Shown one piece after another: positions 20,285 to 31,019 of a DNA stretch of 64,000 nucleotides (its first letter is position 1; every line of letters starts with the position of its first letter). The position numbers and the translations under genes were made by a program. Source of the stretch: a virus; the IMG/VR virus record IMGVR_UViG_3300011445_000018, positions 1 through 64,000 of that record; one strand, 5' to 3'. Under the pieces are notes generated by a model, which did no database searches, was not told the DNA's origin, and saw only the letters and a program-made list of their open reading frames with translations.

Positions 20285-21028
20285 CTATTTCAGTTTGGAA
20301 ATGTCGAGGTCAGGATTCTCTTTCCGCCATTTGGCGTATTTAACCGGATCTGACATAACCTCTTTCATTTTCGCTGGTGGTGCAGACCCGTCAGCACCAC
20401 GCGATCCTCCTGTACCGCTTACTGCGGTACCTTTAAACAGGTTTCCATATTTGTCGGACAATTCTTTCATTCTTTTAATAGCATCGTTCGGAGCAAGCTC
20501 CAATACCACGTTTTTGCCATCATCAGTCACATCACTGAATTTAATAATTGGTTGATACCGACCTGTAGGACGGCCGTTCTCCAGAACCTCGGATAGCTCG
20601 GTTCTATTTCTCAGTAAATCAACAATTTGACTGGGATGTAAAGCTTCACCTTCAATTGCAGCATCTTGCAAAGATCGCTCAATCGTTGAAGATGTGTACA
20701 AACCTTTCCAACGTTCATTATCTTGTTTGAACGTATTCAATTCGTTTTCGTACTGCTTACGTGTTTTCTCTGATTCGCGTTTTGCTAATTCCTCTTTTGT
20801 TAAATATTGCTGTTCAAGTTGGGTAATACGTTGTTGTAATTCATCACGCTGCTCTTGTGTAAGATGCGTGTTTTGCTTTAATTGTTCAAGTTGTGTTACT
20901 AGTTCGGAATTCTGCTGAGTAAGCTTACGGCGGTTTTCCGCCATCATGGCATTCATTTCTTCCTGCAAGCCATGCTCAGCAACTAGTTCAGATAATTTAG
21001 GTTTTTTAACTTCTTCACTAGTAGACAT
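20285..21028 (-). CDS. Capsid scaffolding protein
   Basis: Coiled-coil; YGNLFK..SGTGG; immediately upstream of the capsid gene. Confidence 0.75.
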   Translation of the reverse strand: MSTSEEVKKPKLSELVAEHGLQEEMNAMMAENRRKLTQQNSELVTQLEQLKQNTHLTQEQRDELQQRITQLEQQYLTKEELAKRESEKTRKQYENELNTFKQDNERWKGLYTSSTIERSLQDAAIEGEALHPSQIVDLLRNRTELSEVLENGRPTGRYQPIIKFSDVTDDGKNVVLELAPNDAIKRMKELSDKYGNLFKGTAVSGTGGSRGADGSAPPAKMKEVMSDPVKYAKWRKENPDLDISKLK

Positions 21029-21029
21029 A

Positions 21030-21812
21030 TTAATTAACCCTACTTAAATTTACTTGCCTTGAATCACGTAAAAACGCTTTCAAGTATTCCCAAGCTTCTA
21101 TACTTGGTATACCAGCACGAAGATGTTCATTTACATATGAACCTTGATACGATGTCTTGACTCCTGAATAAGATTCAGACATTACACCTAATGATTGTGC
21201 TTCTATTTCATTTTCCACTCCTTCCAAGAATTTGATAGCTATTTCATAAGCAGCATATTCGATTTCCACGGGAATGGTTGTATCATTACCTCGTGGAAAT
21301 TGAAGATTTTGATCCTCACTATTTTTATCATTACAATAATTCAACTTATCTATTGCACGTGCAGCCGCGATTAAGGCAGTCTGTCTATCCTTAATAGTTG
21401 CGTTGACCCATACATCTGAAAATAGTCTGTTATCGAAATATAAATCAGCAGCGGTAAGAGTACCATAATATTCAAAATCATCAACAATGCTAGTTCCAGC
21501 ACTGCTAATATTAACAACTATAGCAGGTACATTGGCATCTCGTTCGCTGGTCTTAAAAGCGAAATGTAATGGTATGGCATCAGCATGAACTATCATTATG
21601 CCAATTAGATTGCCATCGGTCTCATTACCATTAAAATTAACAGTCCATTGACCATTGCCTTTGTATGTTGGTATATGCGTAGCAGCGAACTGTATACCAT
21701 CATCAATAGTTAAAAAGACATTAACGGTACCAGTGATAATAATATCACCAGTTGACTTATTTACTAAGCCAAATGGGAAACCACTTAATGCTTCGCCTCT
21801 AAAAAACTCCAT
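21030..21812 (-). CDS. Head-tail connector (DnaT-like domain) with extra N-terminal domain
   Basis: YYGTLTAADLYFDNRL..W...ALIAAARAID...QNLQFPRG. Confidence 0.7.
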   Translation of the reverse strand: MEFFRGEALSGFPFGLVNKSTGDIIITGTVNVFLTIDDGIQFAATHIPTYKGNGQWTVNFNGNETDGNLIGIMIVHADAIPLHFAFKTSERDANVPAIVVNISSAGTSIVDDFEYYGTLTAADLYFDNRLFSDVWVNATIKDRQTALIAAARAIDKLNYCNDKNSEDQNLQFPRGNDTTIPVEIEYAAYEIAIKFLEGVENEIEAQSLGVMSESYSGVKTSYQGSYVNEHLRAGIPSIEAWEYLKAFLRDSRQVNLSRVN

Positions 21813-23349
21813 CGAGTATTACTCCAGTTTTATGCATTCTGTACGGTAGGAATTGTCCTATGTCCGACAGATTGCAATCTGTTAATGCTAGAACATTAAC
21901 ATTAACAGCAAGCTTTCTGTTTCGTTTAATTTCCGCAGATACCGATGTCGAGCAAATTATCGAAGCGATAAGACTCTTACGTAAAACAATATTAACACTA
22001 ACACTACCAGTAGTATTTATATCACCAACAATACCAATACGTTTTATTAAAGCAGCACTCATTGTGCCGCTAACAACTATATCTCCTGTAAGTGTACCGC
22101 CTTTACTAACATTAGCAACTAAATTACCTGTTACATTTATAACACCGACTAATTGTATTGTACGTATTAATAGGGCCGTTACCGTGGCGTTCGCTGTTAC
22201 AATAGCTGCTAAAAATGTCTTTTCACTTAGGTCAACTGTAACAAGGGCCGATGCACTTATGTCCGCCGCTAAATAACTTCTCTCTATTAGGTTCGCTGTT
22301 ACAAGTGCCGATGTATTAACATCAGCAACTAGTGCTTTGCGTCTTGTTAAATTCGCCGTAACAAGTGCTGAGGAAGTTATATTTCCTTCTAAGGACGTTG
22401 CTCCAGAGAATTCAACTACAACAAGGGCCGATGTATTTATATCCGCTACTAAGGATAAATGTTTTGTTAAGGTTGCGGTCGCAAGTGCATTGGCCGTTAT
22501 ATCAGCTGATAAAGTTGTATGTTTTATTAAGTTCGCGGTAACAGATGCATTAGTTGTTATATTTGCTAAGAGTGGAATACCGCCACTAATATCAGCGACC
22601 AAGAATGCTGTTGCATTTATATCCGCTTGTAACGTTGTACGTTTTGTTAGAACAGCGGTCGCAAGTGCGTTCGCTGTTACAGTGGCAGCTAAAAATGTCC
22701 TTTCATCAAGAGCCGCAGTTACTAAAGCATTAGTTGTTATATCTGCTTGTAACGTTATGCTTTTTGTTAAAGATGCTGTTACAAGTGCATTGGCTGTTAT
22801 ATCAGCAGTTAAGAATGTTTTCTCTGTTAGAGACGCTGTTACAAGTGCATTGGTTGTTATATTTGCTGCTAAAGATAAATGTTTTGTTAAGACAGCGGTC
22901 GCAAGTGCATTGGCCGTTACAGTGGCCGCTAGAAACGTTTTCTCTGATATGTCCGCTGTTACAAGTGCATTAGTTGTTACAGCGGCAGCTAAAAATGTCT
23001 TTTCCGATATATCCGCTGTTACAAGTGCATTAGCTGTTATAGCAGCAGCTAGGAATGTTTTCTCTGTTAAGGATGCTACAACAAATGCATTCGTTGTTAT
23101 AGCAGCAGCTAAAAATGTCCTTTCTGATATGTCTGCTGTTACAAGTGCATTTGTTGTTACAGCAGCAGCTAAAAATGTTCTCTCTGTTAGAGATGCTACA
23201 ACAAATGCATTAGTTGTTATATTTGCTTCTAGTGATTCAGTTACTCCTGCTGCTACTGAACCAGCAGCACCTAACGCACCAAGTGGAAACGGATATCTGT
23301 ATCCACTTAATGGGGCAGGTGATCCACCAAATATAACTAACAGTGTCAC
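21799..23349 (-). CDS. Repeat-rich structural (fibre-like) protein
   Basis: About 20 tandem ~21-aa units (LAAxITxNALVTAxL/I). Confidence 0.65.
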   Translation of the reverse strand: MTLLVIFGGSPAPLSGYRYPFPLGALGAAGSVAAGVTESLEANITTNAFVVASLTERTFLAAAVTTNALVTADISERTFLAAAITTNAFVVASLTEKTFLAAAITANALVTADISEKTFLAAAVTTNALVTADISEKTFLAATVTANALATAVLTKHLSLAANITTNALVTASLTEKTFLTADITANALVTASLTKSITLQADITTNALVTAALDERTFLAATVTANALATAVLTKRTTLQADINATAFLVADISGGIPLLANITTNASVTANLIKHTTLSADITANALATATLTKHLSLVADINTSALVVVEFSGATSLEGNITSSALVTANLTRRKALVADVNTSALVTANLIERSYLAADISASALVTVDLSEKTFLAAIVTANATVTALLIRTIQLVGVINVTGNLVANVSKGGTLTGDIVVSGTMSAALIKRIGIVGDINTTGSVSVNIVLRKSLIASIICSTSVSAEIKRNRKLAVNVNVLALTDCNLSDIGQFLPYRMHKTGVILDGVF

Positions 23350-24134
23350 TAATTTGCCCCTGTTATTACTTCGGCAGCCGCATCAGATGTTAATGGTTTG
23401 GTTACATGAGGTGTGGTACCATTTGTTCTATAAATAATCAAATCACCAGGACTATCTTCTGTGCTCCATTCCAAACCAAGCAAAATAATAGTCCCTAAGC
23501 AATGCTCAGGCATAAAAGTCTCTACAAAACTTACATTGCGAGAATTAACAGTATCAGCCAATACCTCTGGAACATGCATACCCTCAGGCAATTTAATGAT
23601 AAAGGTATCAGTGTTATCTGGTGCAACGTTCCAATCAGGAACCACCGTAGCCGTTTGTGTACTACCAACATAATCCGAAATTATTCTCGCTTCAACGTTA
23701 CCATCAATAAGAACTAAAGCTAACATGCCATTATAAAAATCATCTATTGGAGATGCAGAAGCATCTAGCACAACAGTGCTCGTTGATGATCCAGCACTGG
23801 CCGATGTACCAGCACGAATTGTTACAAGCTTCCGTGGACTAAAAGTAAAAACAGTTGTTTTGGCCCCTGTACTTTTGATAATAATAGCAATGGTATCTGC
23901 TGATAATTCTGAACCTGTTAAAATTAAATAACTTATACCACTGGACGTTGCAATTTCAACCGCTTCATTTGTACAATCAACAAATTCATCACCATTCTTA
24001 GATATTTCCGAATCAGGCGAACTGGGTGAAACTGGATCACCATCTGCATCCAAAAGTGGAAATTTAAGTACATATGGAACGCCATACACTGGATAAGGCA
24101 AAGCGTTATTTCGGAATGCAGTTACTTCAGCCAT
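23349..24134 (-). CDS. Virion accessory protein
   Basis: LDASASPIDDFYNG...RIISDYVGST..ATV...W..APD motif seen in phage structural proteins. Confidence 0.55.
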   Translation of the reverse strand: MAEVTAFRNNALPYPVYGVPYVLKFPLLDADGDPVSPSSPDSEISKNGDEFVDCTNEAVEIATSSGISYLILTGSELSADTIAIIIKSTGAKTTVFTFSPRKLVTIRAGTSASAGSSTSTVVLDASASPIDDFYNGMLALVLIDGNVEARIISDYVGSTQTATVVPDWNVAPDNTDTFIIKLPEGMHVPEVLADTVNSRNVSFVETFMPEHCLGTIILLGLEWSTEDSPGDLIIYRTNGTTPHVTKPLTSDAAAEVITGAN

Positions 24135-24854
24135 TTACCATACCCTTGTATATAAGCCACTAAGACTATGTGCAAATTGCACTCCACCCATTCGCTTGAC
24201 GGCTGGATGTCCACCTGCAACTGCCGCCGCCTTAAAGCTGGCGATCCGCACTGCTGGAAAACCTGAATCCGTCCAACTCCACGTGGGATTGATGGCTGCC
24301 GCTGTCGTCTGGATAAAATACGCACCATATCCGGCGATATTGACGCCTGCGGAATAGTCCCGAAAACCTCCGATTGTGAAACCAGAGTTGATGGACACAC
24401 CCGCACCGCCGGGGGCAGTATTCAGAGCCATGTTCGCAATAATCACTTCTCCGTTTTCGGCTGGTGTAATCGAACCCGGTTGAACACTTGTCACAGAAGA
24501 CGCAGTAGTTCCGTTCTCGGCGTCAAATGCTGATGACAGAGCCGCCCCCGCAAAACCGTGTGCTACAAACGTTGTGTAAACGGCGGAACCACTTACCGTA
24601 AATGTGTGGCCCGTACCAACTGTGGGATTCAGTGCGTAATAGATTCTCGCGGCATTATCGCCGTTTACTGATTCCGTTAGCGGCGTCCAAGTGTTGCCTT
24701 TACTGTCCGACACAGTTGGTACATCACCGCCACCGTACCGGCTGACGCTAATAAAAAGTATGTCTGCACCCGTACTGTTGGCAGCGTTACTAGCCCCTCC
24801 AGGTGCTCCAGGTGATGCTGGGCCAAGTTGTGAAAAGACGTGCGTGATTGTCAT
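24135..24854 (-). CDS. Virion accessory beta-sandwich protein
   Basis: VSDSKGNTWT motif; Ser/Thr/Gly-rich; higher GC than flanks. Confidence 0.55.
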   Translation of the reverse strand: MTITHVFSQLGPASPGAPGGASNAANSTGADILFISVSRYGGGDVPTVSDSKGNTWTPLTESVNGDNAARIYYALNPTVGTGHTFTVSGSAVYTTFVAHGFAGAALSSAFDAENGTTASSVTSVQPGSITPAENGEVIIANMALNTAPGGAGVSINSGFTIGGFRDYSAGVNIAGYGAYFIQTTAAAINPTWSWTDSGFPAVRIASFKAAAVAGGHPAVKRMGGVQFAHSLSGLYTRVW

Positions 24855-25318
24855 TACGAAATAGTTGCGATTAACGAATCAAGTACGGTGCGATAGGTAG
24901 TCGTTGAAGCGGCTGAAAATGTCAGTGCAGAAGATGGAGTTGTATTGCCAGTCGGGAATCGGAACGCGGCCTTGTACTGCTGACCACCAACTGTCATCTC
25001 AGGTACGTTCGTACGTAACCAATCGAGCGTCGCGACAATCTGCGTTCGCACGGCCACCAGTTCGGCGAGCGGGTCAGCCATCTGGGACTGCTTTTCAACG
25101 ATCATATAATTTGCAAGACCGGTTACTGCCGCTGCTGAGATCAAGAAATTATTGGCACCAACAAGGACGTCAAAGTATCTCCTAACTATATCCATATTAA
25201 GTGATCCGGCAGCGGCAAAGTCCCGTTGCTGTTGAGTAATCTCTTTTAATATGGCTACCTTTTGATCAACTTCCGTTAACCAAGTGGATAGTGTTTTCAG
25301 TGTCGCCGTGTACGCCAT
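24854..25318 (-). CDS. Hypothetical protein
   Basis: Coupled to the downstream gene. Confidence 0.55.
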   Translation of the reverse strand: MAYTATLKTLSTWLTEVDQKVAILKEITQQQRDFAAAGSLNMDIVRRYFDVLVGANNFLISAAAVTGLANYMIVEKQSQMADPLAELVAVRTQIVATLDWLRTNVPEMTVGGQQYKAAFRFPTGNTTPSSALTFSAASTTTYRTVLDSLIATIS

Positions 25319-25410
25319 TTTACTTCATTCCCTTCCGCCTTTAGTGAAACTCCCCGCCGCACGGGATTTTCGCGTCACGTGCTCGTGCGGACAGGGAGGA
25401 TGAAAAGTCG

Positions 25411-27921
25411 TCAGCCTTTGTTCTTCAGCTTTGCTTCAACCGATGTCAGTCGTTTTTCCATCGCCGCAATAGTCGTCTTCAGCGTTTCCACTACTACCTC
25501 CAGTGCGGCAATCCGTGTCTCTAGCGTTGTCTTGAGCGTTACTACTAGAGCCTCAAGCGTTGTTACCCGCTTCTCCAGGTCGGTGGGTGGTGGCGGCGGG
25601 GGAGGGTCAACGGGCTTCACTAGCACGTTCACAACCAGACTCGACGTCCCCGTGCTCTTGCTGTCGCTGAATGAGAACTCCCACAAGTACACCCGTGCCC
25701 CGGCTGGATAGTGGAAATCCACCGAGGCGAAGTTACCAGTGCCGCTTGCAGAGTTGATTGGAGTACCACCACCGTAACTGTACCGAACGTTCCAAAGCAA
25801 CTCGTCGTTATCGAGGTCGCTCGCGGATGCCGAGTAGTTGACGCTGGTCGATTCGTACACGGGTGGAGGAGGATTGATCGTGATCGCGGTCACGAGCGGT
25901 ACCCGATTCTCGGTCGGTGGCGGAGGAGGGGGCGGAGGAGGTGCATCGCTTTCGAGTACCACACCCGTGACGCCTTCAAGCTTCGTGGCACCGGGCGGAG
26001 TCTCGTGAACCCCGAACACGTAATAGTTCTTCCCCGTGCCTTGCCAATTTAAGAGCCGCTTGTTACTGGTGAGTGCCGTGCCGGGTGCCGATACACCGTG
26101 ACCGATAATGAGCTTCTTCACCCCTTCCAGTTTCGTGCCGTCGATTAACAGCGGGAACGGATCGGGATGCAGCAGTCCACCCCAGTTGACGTCAATCCCA
26201 CGGCTCTTAATTCTGCCACCCTTGGCAATCGTCCAGGCAACTGCGTCGAGCATACCAGTAGCAAAGCCTTCGATCTCGACGTTCTCCAATATTACTCCGC
26301 TGGTGTATCCGAGTGAGCTATGCACACCCTCGTTTTGGATATTTGGCAAAAAGACAGTTGGTTCGATATCGGAGTTGTCGTTGAGGAGCTTGCTATTGCG
26401 GAGTGTGAGAAACGCCGCTTCGCCGTTGCCGCAAAACACCCCTTTTTCGCCAGCGTTGAGCACCGTCAAATCGTCCATGTACCAATCTTCTGGTGTGTTC
26501 CAAATTTCAACACCCTTCATGCAACTCCAGGCAAGGTTGTTTTTGGTGCTGATGAACTTGGTCAGCGTGGGATTCAGTGGTGTATCATTCTCACCGCCAG
26601 GGACGCTTGGGACACTACGGTTGAATACTTGCTGACGGTGCGGAATTGAATAGCCGACCGCTGAACAAAGAGCGACGTTGCCCTCAATCGTGTGCTGACT
26701 GCCGTGAAACCAAAAAGGCGATCCTTCGCTACCCGGTGCGAAGTTATCAATCGGGAGTAGGTTGAACTTGCCGTTGAGTCCGTTGCCCCGGCAGTAGGCA
26801 CCAAGGTTATTCAGGTACTTGCCGCGAACCTCATAACCGTCCTCCGTCACGAAACACGCACCCACGAAGTTGTAGGCGACATTGTCCTGCACTAGGAGGT
26901 CGTGCGTTCCGTGTTGAACAATTCCCCATTTTGCAATATCAGAACCATTAAGATAATTCCCGACAGCACGACCAGTATATCCGCCCCAATCAGAATGTCC
27001 ATGTACATGGTGCCAATGGAGAGCATATCTAGCAATTTGATTAGTGCCCACATGCATACTATTCCCATCAAAATTATTTATATGCTTTGGAAGTGTACGA
27101 CCTAATCCTACGTAACTTGTATAGTATGTAGAAACGTGAGCACTGTCAATGAACATCACATGTCCGCGAGTACCGTTAGGATTCTCTGATTCGATAACGA
27201 TATTGCGAGTGGCATTGGCGACGTAGGGCAGCATCCCAAAGACCACGCGATGCTCAAAGTCGAGCGGCTTGGAAAGTGTCACTGTCTGGCCGTTAATGGC
27301 TTTGATGGTGACACTAGTTTCCTCTCGTACTGGCCGATCATTCTCATTGCCAAAAAAGTATTGCAGCCGCGTATCGTGGAATAGAAGATTGTCACCAATC
27401 TGCCAATTACATGGTGCAGTTAAGACAATTTCAGTAGCCTTGGCTTCCACGGGTTGAAATGTATTAAATCCCCTATCTAATTTACGTCCATAAGATAGGT
27501 ACTGTCCCAGCACCATTAACCCATTGCCAAATTGCTCTGGATCAGGTCCAAGTGCTCCATCTACGCCTGTTAGTAATGGTACATCCTTAAATGTTATATT
27601 TACTTTCCTAAGTACAGGGTCCGTTTCGCTACCGATATCTAAAGTCCCTCCAGGCAAGACCTGGATATTGATCGTCTTAATCGTCGTATCGGCGGTACGA
27701 CTAATCTTTGCTGTCCCCGCAATCTCAATTACCTCATTGTCAACCGTCGTAGGAAGGGTAACCGTTGTATTAGCGGGGATGGTGAGTACGTTCTTATACA
27801 ACTTACTCATACGTGGAACCTTACTTCCGCCCTTACCAATGATCTCCACTTGTCCGAAGCAGGTAGAACCTACACATAACCACAAAATAAATACTAAACG
27901 ATACATAGTTTTTCCTTTCAT
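25411..27921 (-). CDS. Secreted G8/CEMIP(TMEM2)-like beta-helix protein with Pro linkers, PKD/Ig-like domain and C-terminal coiled coil
   Basis: Signal-peptide-like MYRLVFILWLCVGSTCFG; GTLDIGSE..P; NPNGTRGHVMF; ARYALHWHH; IVQHGTH.L.VQDNVAYN..G.CF.TEDG. Confidence 0.7.
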   Translation of the reverse strand: MKGKTMYRLVFILWLCVGSTCFGQVEIIGKGGSKVPRMSKLYKNVLTIPANTTVTLPTTVDNEVIEIAGTAKISRTADTTIKTINIQVLPGGTLDIGSETDPVLRKVNITFKDVPLLTGVDGALGPDPEQFGNGLMVLGQYLSYGRKLDRGFNTFQPVEAKATEIVLTAPCNWQIGDNLLFHDTRLQYFFGNENDRPVREETSVTIKAINGQTVTLSKPLDFEHRVVFGMLPYVANATRNIVIESENPNGTRGHVMFIDSAHVSTYYTSYVGLGRTLPKHINNFDGNSMHVGTNQIARYALHWHHVHGHSDWGGYTGRAVGNYLNGSDIAKWGIVQHGTHDLLVQDNVAYNFVGACFVTEDGYEVRGKYLNNLGAYCRGNGLNGKFNLLPIDNFAPGSEGSPFWFHGSQHTIEGNVALCSAVGYSIPHRQQVFNRSVPSVPGGENDTPLNPTLTKFISTKNNLAWSCMKGVEIWNTPEDWYMDDLTVLNAGEKGVFCGNGEAAFLTLRNSKLLNDNSDIEPTVFLPNIQNEGVHSSLGYTSGVILENVEIEGFATGMLDAVAWTIAKGGRIKSRGIDVNWGGLLHPDPFPLLIDGTKLEGVKKLIIGHGVSAPGTALTSNKRLLNWQGTGKNYYVFGVHETPPGATKLEGVTGVVLESDAPPPPPPPPPTENRVPLVTAITINPPPPVYESTSVNYSASASDLDNDELLWNVRYSYGGGTPINSASGTGNFASVDFHYPAGARVYLWEFSFSDSKSTGTSSLVVNVLVKPVDPPPPPPPTDLEKRVTTLEALVVTLKTTLETRIAALEVVVETLKTTIAAMEKRLTSVEAKLKNKG

Positions 27922-28829
27922 CCGCCTACACCTGACATTGCTAAAGGTTGTATTACATCATAAATTAAAACCACGCGACCCAGTTGTCCGCCATTGTTTC
28001 CTGAAGCTCCACCATTACCCGCTACACCTGCGTAATCTATATCAGTGTTATTAGCAGCTGTTGAAGTAGTGGCTTGTGTCGATGTTGTATTTGTAACACC
28101 AACTACACTATTGCTTCCTCCGCCTCCACCACCGCCCATACGGCTGCCTGAACCAGAGGAACCCTCTCCACCACCACCGCCATGATGTCCGGCACCGCCA
28201 CCACCGCCACCACCATCACTACCTGCTATCGTTCCCCCAGCACCACCTTGATTGGCTGCATCACCCGAGCCGCCCGCACTACCACCACCAGAAGTTGCAT
28301 CAGTAGTTGCATTGCCACCATCACCACCGAACCGAGTGCCATCTACATTGCCCGCTTCCCCATCACTTGCTGTTGATCCACCTGTTCCACCAATTCCACC
28401 AGCACCCGTACCACCACCTGTACCACCTACACCGGGACCAGTTCCACCGCTCCCTGTACCGCCTGTGCCGCCCGTTGCTCCACCACCTGCTCCACCTGCT
28501 CCACCACCTGTACCGCCCCCACCGCCACCACCACCGCCTGAAACAATTAAATAACTGGCGACATTTTTAACAGCACTAAAACCACCGCCACCACCTGTCC
28601 CACCTGCTCCACCTGCGGTTCCACCAGTACCAACAACAACTGTTAAAGACGATATACTTGTTACGTCTAAATCGCCTTTAGTAAATCCTCCACCACCACC
28701 TGCTCCGCCAGCACCGGAAGCACCACCTGGTGCCCAGCATTTAATCGTGACATTCGTCCCACGAAAATTAGCTGGTTTCGTCCAAGTGGTACCAGTCGTA
28801 CCAACGGAATAAGTATCCTTGCGAATCAT
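27918..28829 (-). CDS. Glycine-rich virion protein
   Basis: WTKPA...V.IKCW.PGG..G N-terminus, long Gly tracts, G.GRVVLIY C-terminus. Confidence 0.7.
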   Translation of the reverse strand: MIRKDTYSVGTTGTTWTKPANFRGTNVTIKCWAPGGASGAGGAGGGGGFTKGDLDVTSISSLTVVVGTGGTAGGAGGTGGGGGFSAVKNVASYLIVSGGGGGGGGGTGGGAGGAGGGATGGTGGTGSGGTGPGVGGTGGGTGAGGIGGTGGSTASDGEAGNVDGTRFGGDGGNATTDATSGGGSAGGSGDAANQGGAGGTIAGSDGGGGGGGAGHHGGGGGEGSSGSGSRMGGGGGGGSNSVVGVTNTTSTQATTSTAANNTDIDYAGVAGNGGASGNNGGQLGRVVLIYDVIQPLAMSGVGG

Positions 28830-29692
28830 TTGTACCAAGCCACAGCATCTAAAGCAGTTGTAGGAGCGGTATTACCACCAGCGGTTGTCATTACTGCTGC
28901 CCAACTCATTGCAGTAGCGAATTCAACACCTCCGGGTCGCATCCACAAGTTCGCTGCTGATTGCGGAGGAATCGTTATCATAAATAATGGATTCGTTGTA
29001 CCAACTGTTACCGATCCAGCCGCAGTGTTATAAAATTGAACATATACTGCTACGGTATTTGGATTATAAATATAATAACCATGAAGCTCTCCAGCACTGG
29101 CTTTAATAACTTGTGCAGCATTAGTGAGAGCCGTTCCACCATCACTAGAAGTGGAATTAACAGTTGAAGAACTTTCTGTTAATTTCCTCAATTTCGCAGA
29201 AAATGATCCAGTGGCACTCGCTGCATCTGCATTAGCTCCAAATGGGTCAGTTGGTACGCGTGTTACATCTACATCTAATCCATTGGTGGCATCACCACCA
29301 ACAAGGGCACCTGCCGCAGTTATAACGGTCGTTTGTGCTCCGTTACGTAGAAACCATGCCCTTACTGCATCCCCATCCGCACTAACAGAAGCGGGGACCG
29401 CTGCACTAGCATACCCTCCAACAGGTATCGGGTTAACACCTGTTACATCAGCATCATGAGCTACGCTACCTGCTGGATTAACCAGGATGGCACTTTGATT
29501 GTTAGCAATAACAACAGGTATAGATGCTGCCATCGCAGCTTGACCGAAAGCCAAATCAGTAACAGTTTTAGCATCGTCGCTACCAGCTAAAATACCAATA
29601 GCTACAATCTGGATGTTCTGTGCAGCATCACCGGAATAAGTGACGCTACGTGTTGCTACAGGTATACTATTTGCAGATACATTATCAGCCAT
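28826..29692 (-). CDS. Virion accessory protein
   Basis: C-terminal IKASAGELHGYYIYN...YVQFYN domain common in phage structural genes. Confidence 0.55.
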   Translation of the reverse strand: MADNVSANSIPVATRSVTYSGDAAQNIQIVAIGILAGSDDAKTVTDLAFGQAAMAASIPVVIANNQSAILVNPAGSVAHDADVTGVNPIPVGGYASAAVPASVSADGDAVRAWFLRNGAQTTVITAAGALVGGDATNGLDVDVTRVPTDPFGANADAASATGSFSAKLRKLTESSSTVNSTSSDGGTALTNAAQVIKASAGELHGYYIYNPNTVAVYVQFYNTAAGSVTVGTTNPLFMITIPPQSAANLWMRPGGVEFATAMSWAAVMTTAGGNTAPTTALDAVAWYK

Positions 29693-31019
29693 TTATCGGT
29701 TCCTTGGTTCTGTTTGATCGCCAAAAGTTAGAACCGTAAAAAGTTATTTCACCTGTTACATTGTCTTTATGAAGAGGATAATTTTGATTAAAATGTTCAA
29801 GAATTGGTGTAAATGGACCTTGATTACCACTCATTTGGGGTCGTTCGTAAATTTGCAAATTACCAAATTTCACTTTACCTATGGGGCCACGTAGGTCGAT
29901 TCCACCAGTAGTTTGGAAGTTCTCAAAGGAATTATTATCTATTTGGCCATTTATAGCTGCAATCATTAGTGCTGTGTTATCCACTTCTGCATTAATACTC
30001 CAGAAACGATTATCAGTGAAACCGGAACCAAAAAGACATATGCCTGGACCAGCACAATTTGTTATATTTATATCAACTAAGGTATTCTCTCGAATACCTT
30101 CACCTGGTACCCCGTTCCCTTCAAATAGAATCACTTCATTTGCATTGGCCTCACCACCACGAATATTATCAAAATAACAATTCATAATCATCGATCCGCG
30201 GCAGGATCCAGTTTGAAACACAATGCCACGATTTGTACCATACCACGTGCAATTAGTAACCAATATACCTTCTGCACCAGTGTTAAAGAAAGCGTGCATA
30301 CCGTTTGCTGTGTGACCAACAAAATCACAATGATCCCATACACTGAGCGAAGGCACTTGTCCGGTGCTGGCTTTCTCGAATCGGCAATTCTGCACGAGCA
30401 TATTACGTGATTGAAAACATCTTATTAATTCACCACCTTTAAGCGTGCAGTTCTTAACAGTAATTTGACCTGAAAGCGTGCTAGTAGGTGGATCAAGGTA
30501 GTTATGAATATAAGTTGGCCAATCACATTCATGTGTTAAAGTTAATCCCTCAAGGAACATAGTCCCCTTAGGAATAAACATTCGTTCAGCGTACTCACCA
30601 TTAGGCATCCGTAGAATAGTTGCGTGGTAGCCACTTATTTTAGTATTATTTAATACATTTAATGAACCCTTCCAAACATGCAAACCGGGCTTTAATATCA
30701 AATCCCTACCAATATTTACAGCGTTCTGTGCATCAAATAGGGATAATCCAGGTTGAATTAATTGTGTCTTTCTAGGTCGTGTAGTAACTATATTATTTCT
30801 AACAACTATTTCTTTATCACCAATGTTATATGTTCCAGGAGCCGCTGTTAATGGAATAGTTACTTTCCACGCCCATTGCCAATGCCAATTACCAATGGTA
30901 TAGTCACTAGGGCACCTAATGTTCCATCCAGGTGGAACAACAGGTTGCGAAGTGTCTACACCACTTGGGAACCAGAAATATACAGTGCTACCAGGGGTAG
31001 CCTCACGCGATGTATACAT
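29685..31019 (-). CDS. Right-handed parallel beta-helix (pectin lyase-like) protein
   Basis: Repeated V.NC.F/W turns, LILKPG, GPGICLFG. Confidence 0.6.
   Translation of the reverse strand: MYTSREATPGSTVYFWFPSGVDTSQPVVPPGWNIRCPSDYTIGNWHWQWAWKVTIPLTAAPGTYNIGDKEIVVRNNIVTTRPRKTQLIQPGLSLFDAQNAVNIGRDLILKPGLHVWKGSLNVLNNTKISGYHATILRMPNGEYAERMFIPKGTMFLEGLTLTHECDWPTYIHNYLDPPTSTLSGQITVKNCTLKGGELIRCFQSRNMLVQNCRFEKASTGQVPSLSVWDHCDFVGHTANGMHAFFNTGAEGILVTNCTWYGTNRGIVFQTGSCRGSMIMNCYFDNIRGGEANANEVILFEGNGVPGEGIRENTLVDINITNCAGPGICLFGSGFTDNRFWSINAEVDNTALMIAAINGQIDNNSFENFQTTGGIDLRGPIGKVKFGNLQIYERPQMSGNQGPFTPILEHFNQNYPLHKDNVTGEITFYGSNFWRSNRTKEPING

Noticed and set aside
22337-23437. 366-aa + strand ORF
   Set aside because: Antisense shadow of the repeat-rich structural gene.
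28252-28570. Pro-rich and His-rich + strand ORFs
   Set aside because: Shadows of the Gly-rich gene's GGN codons.
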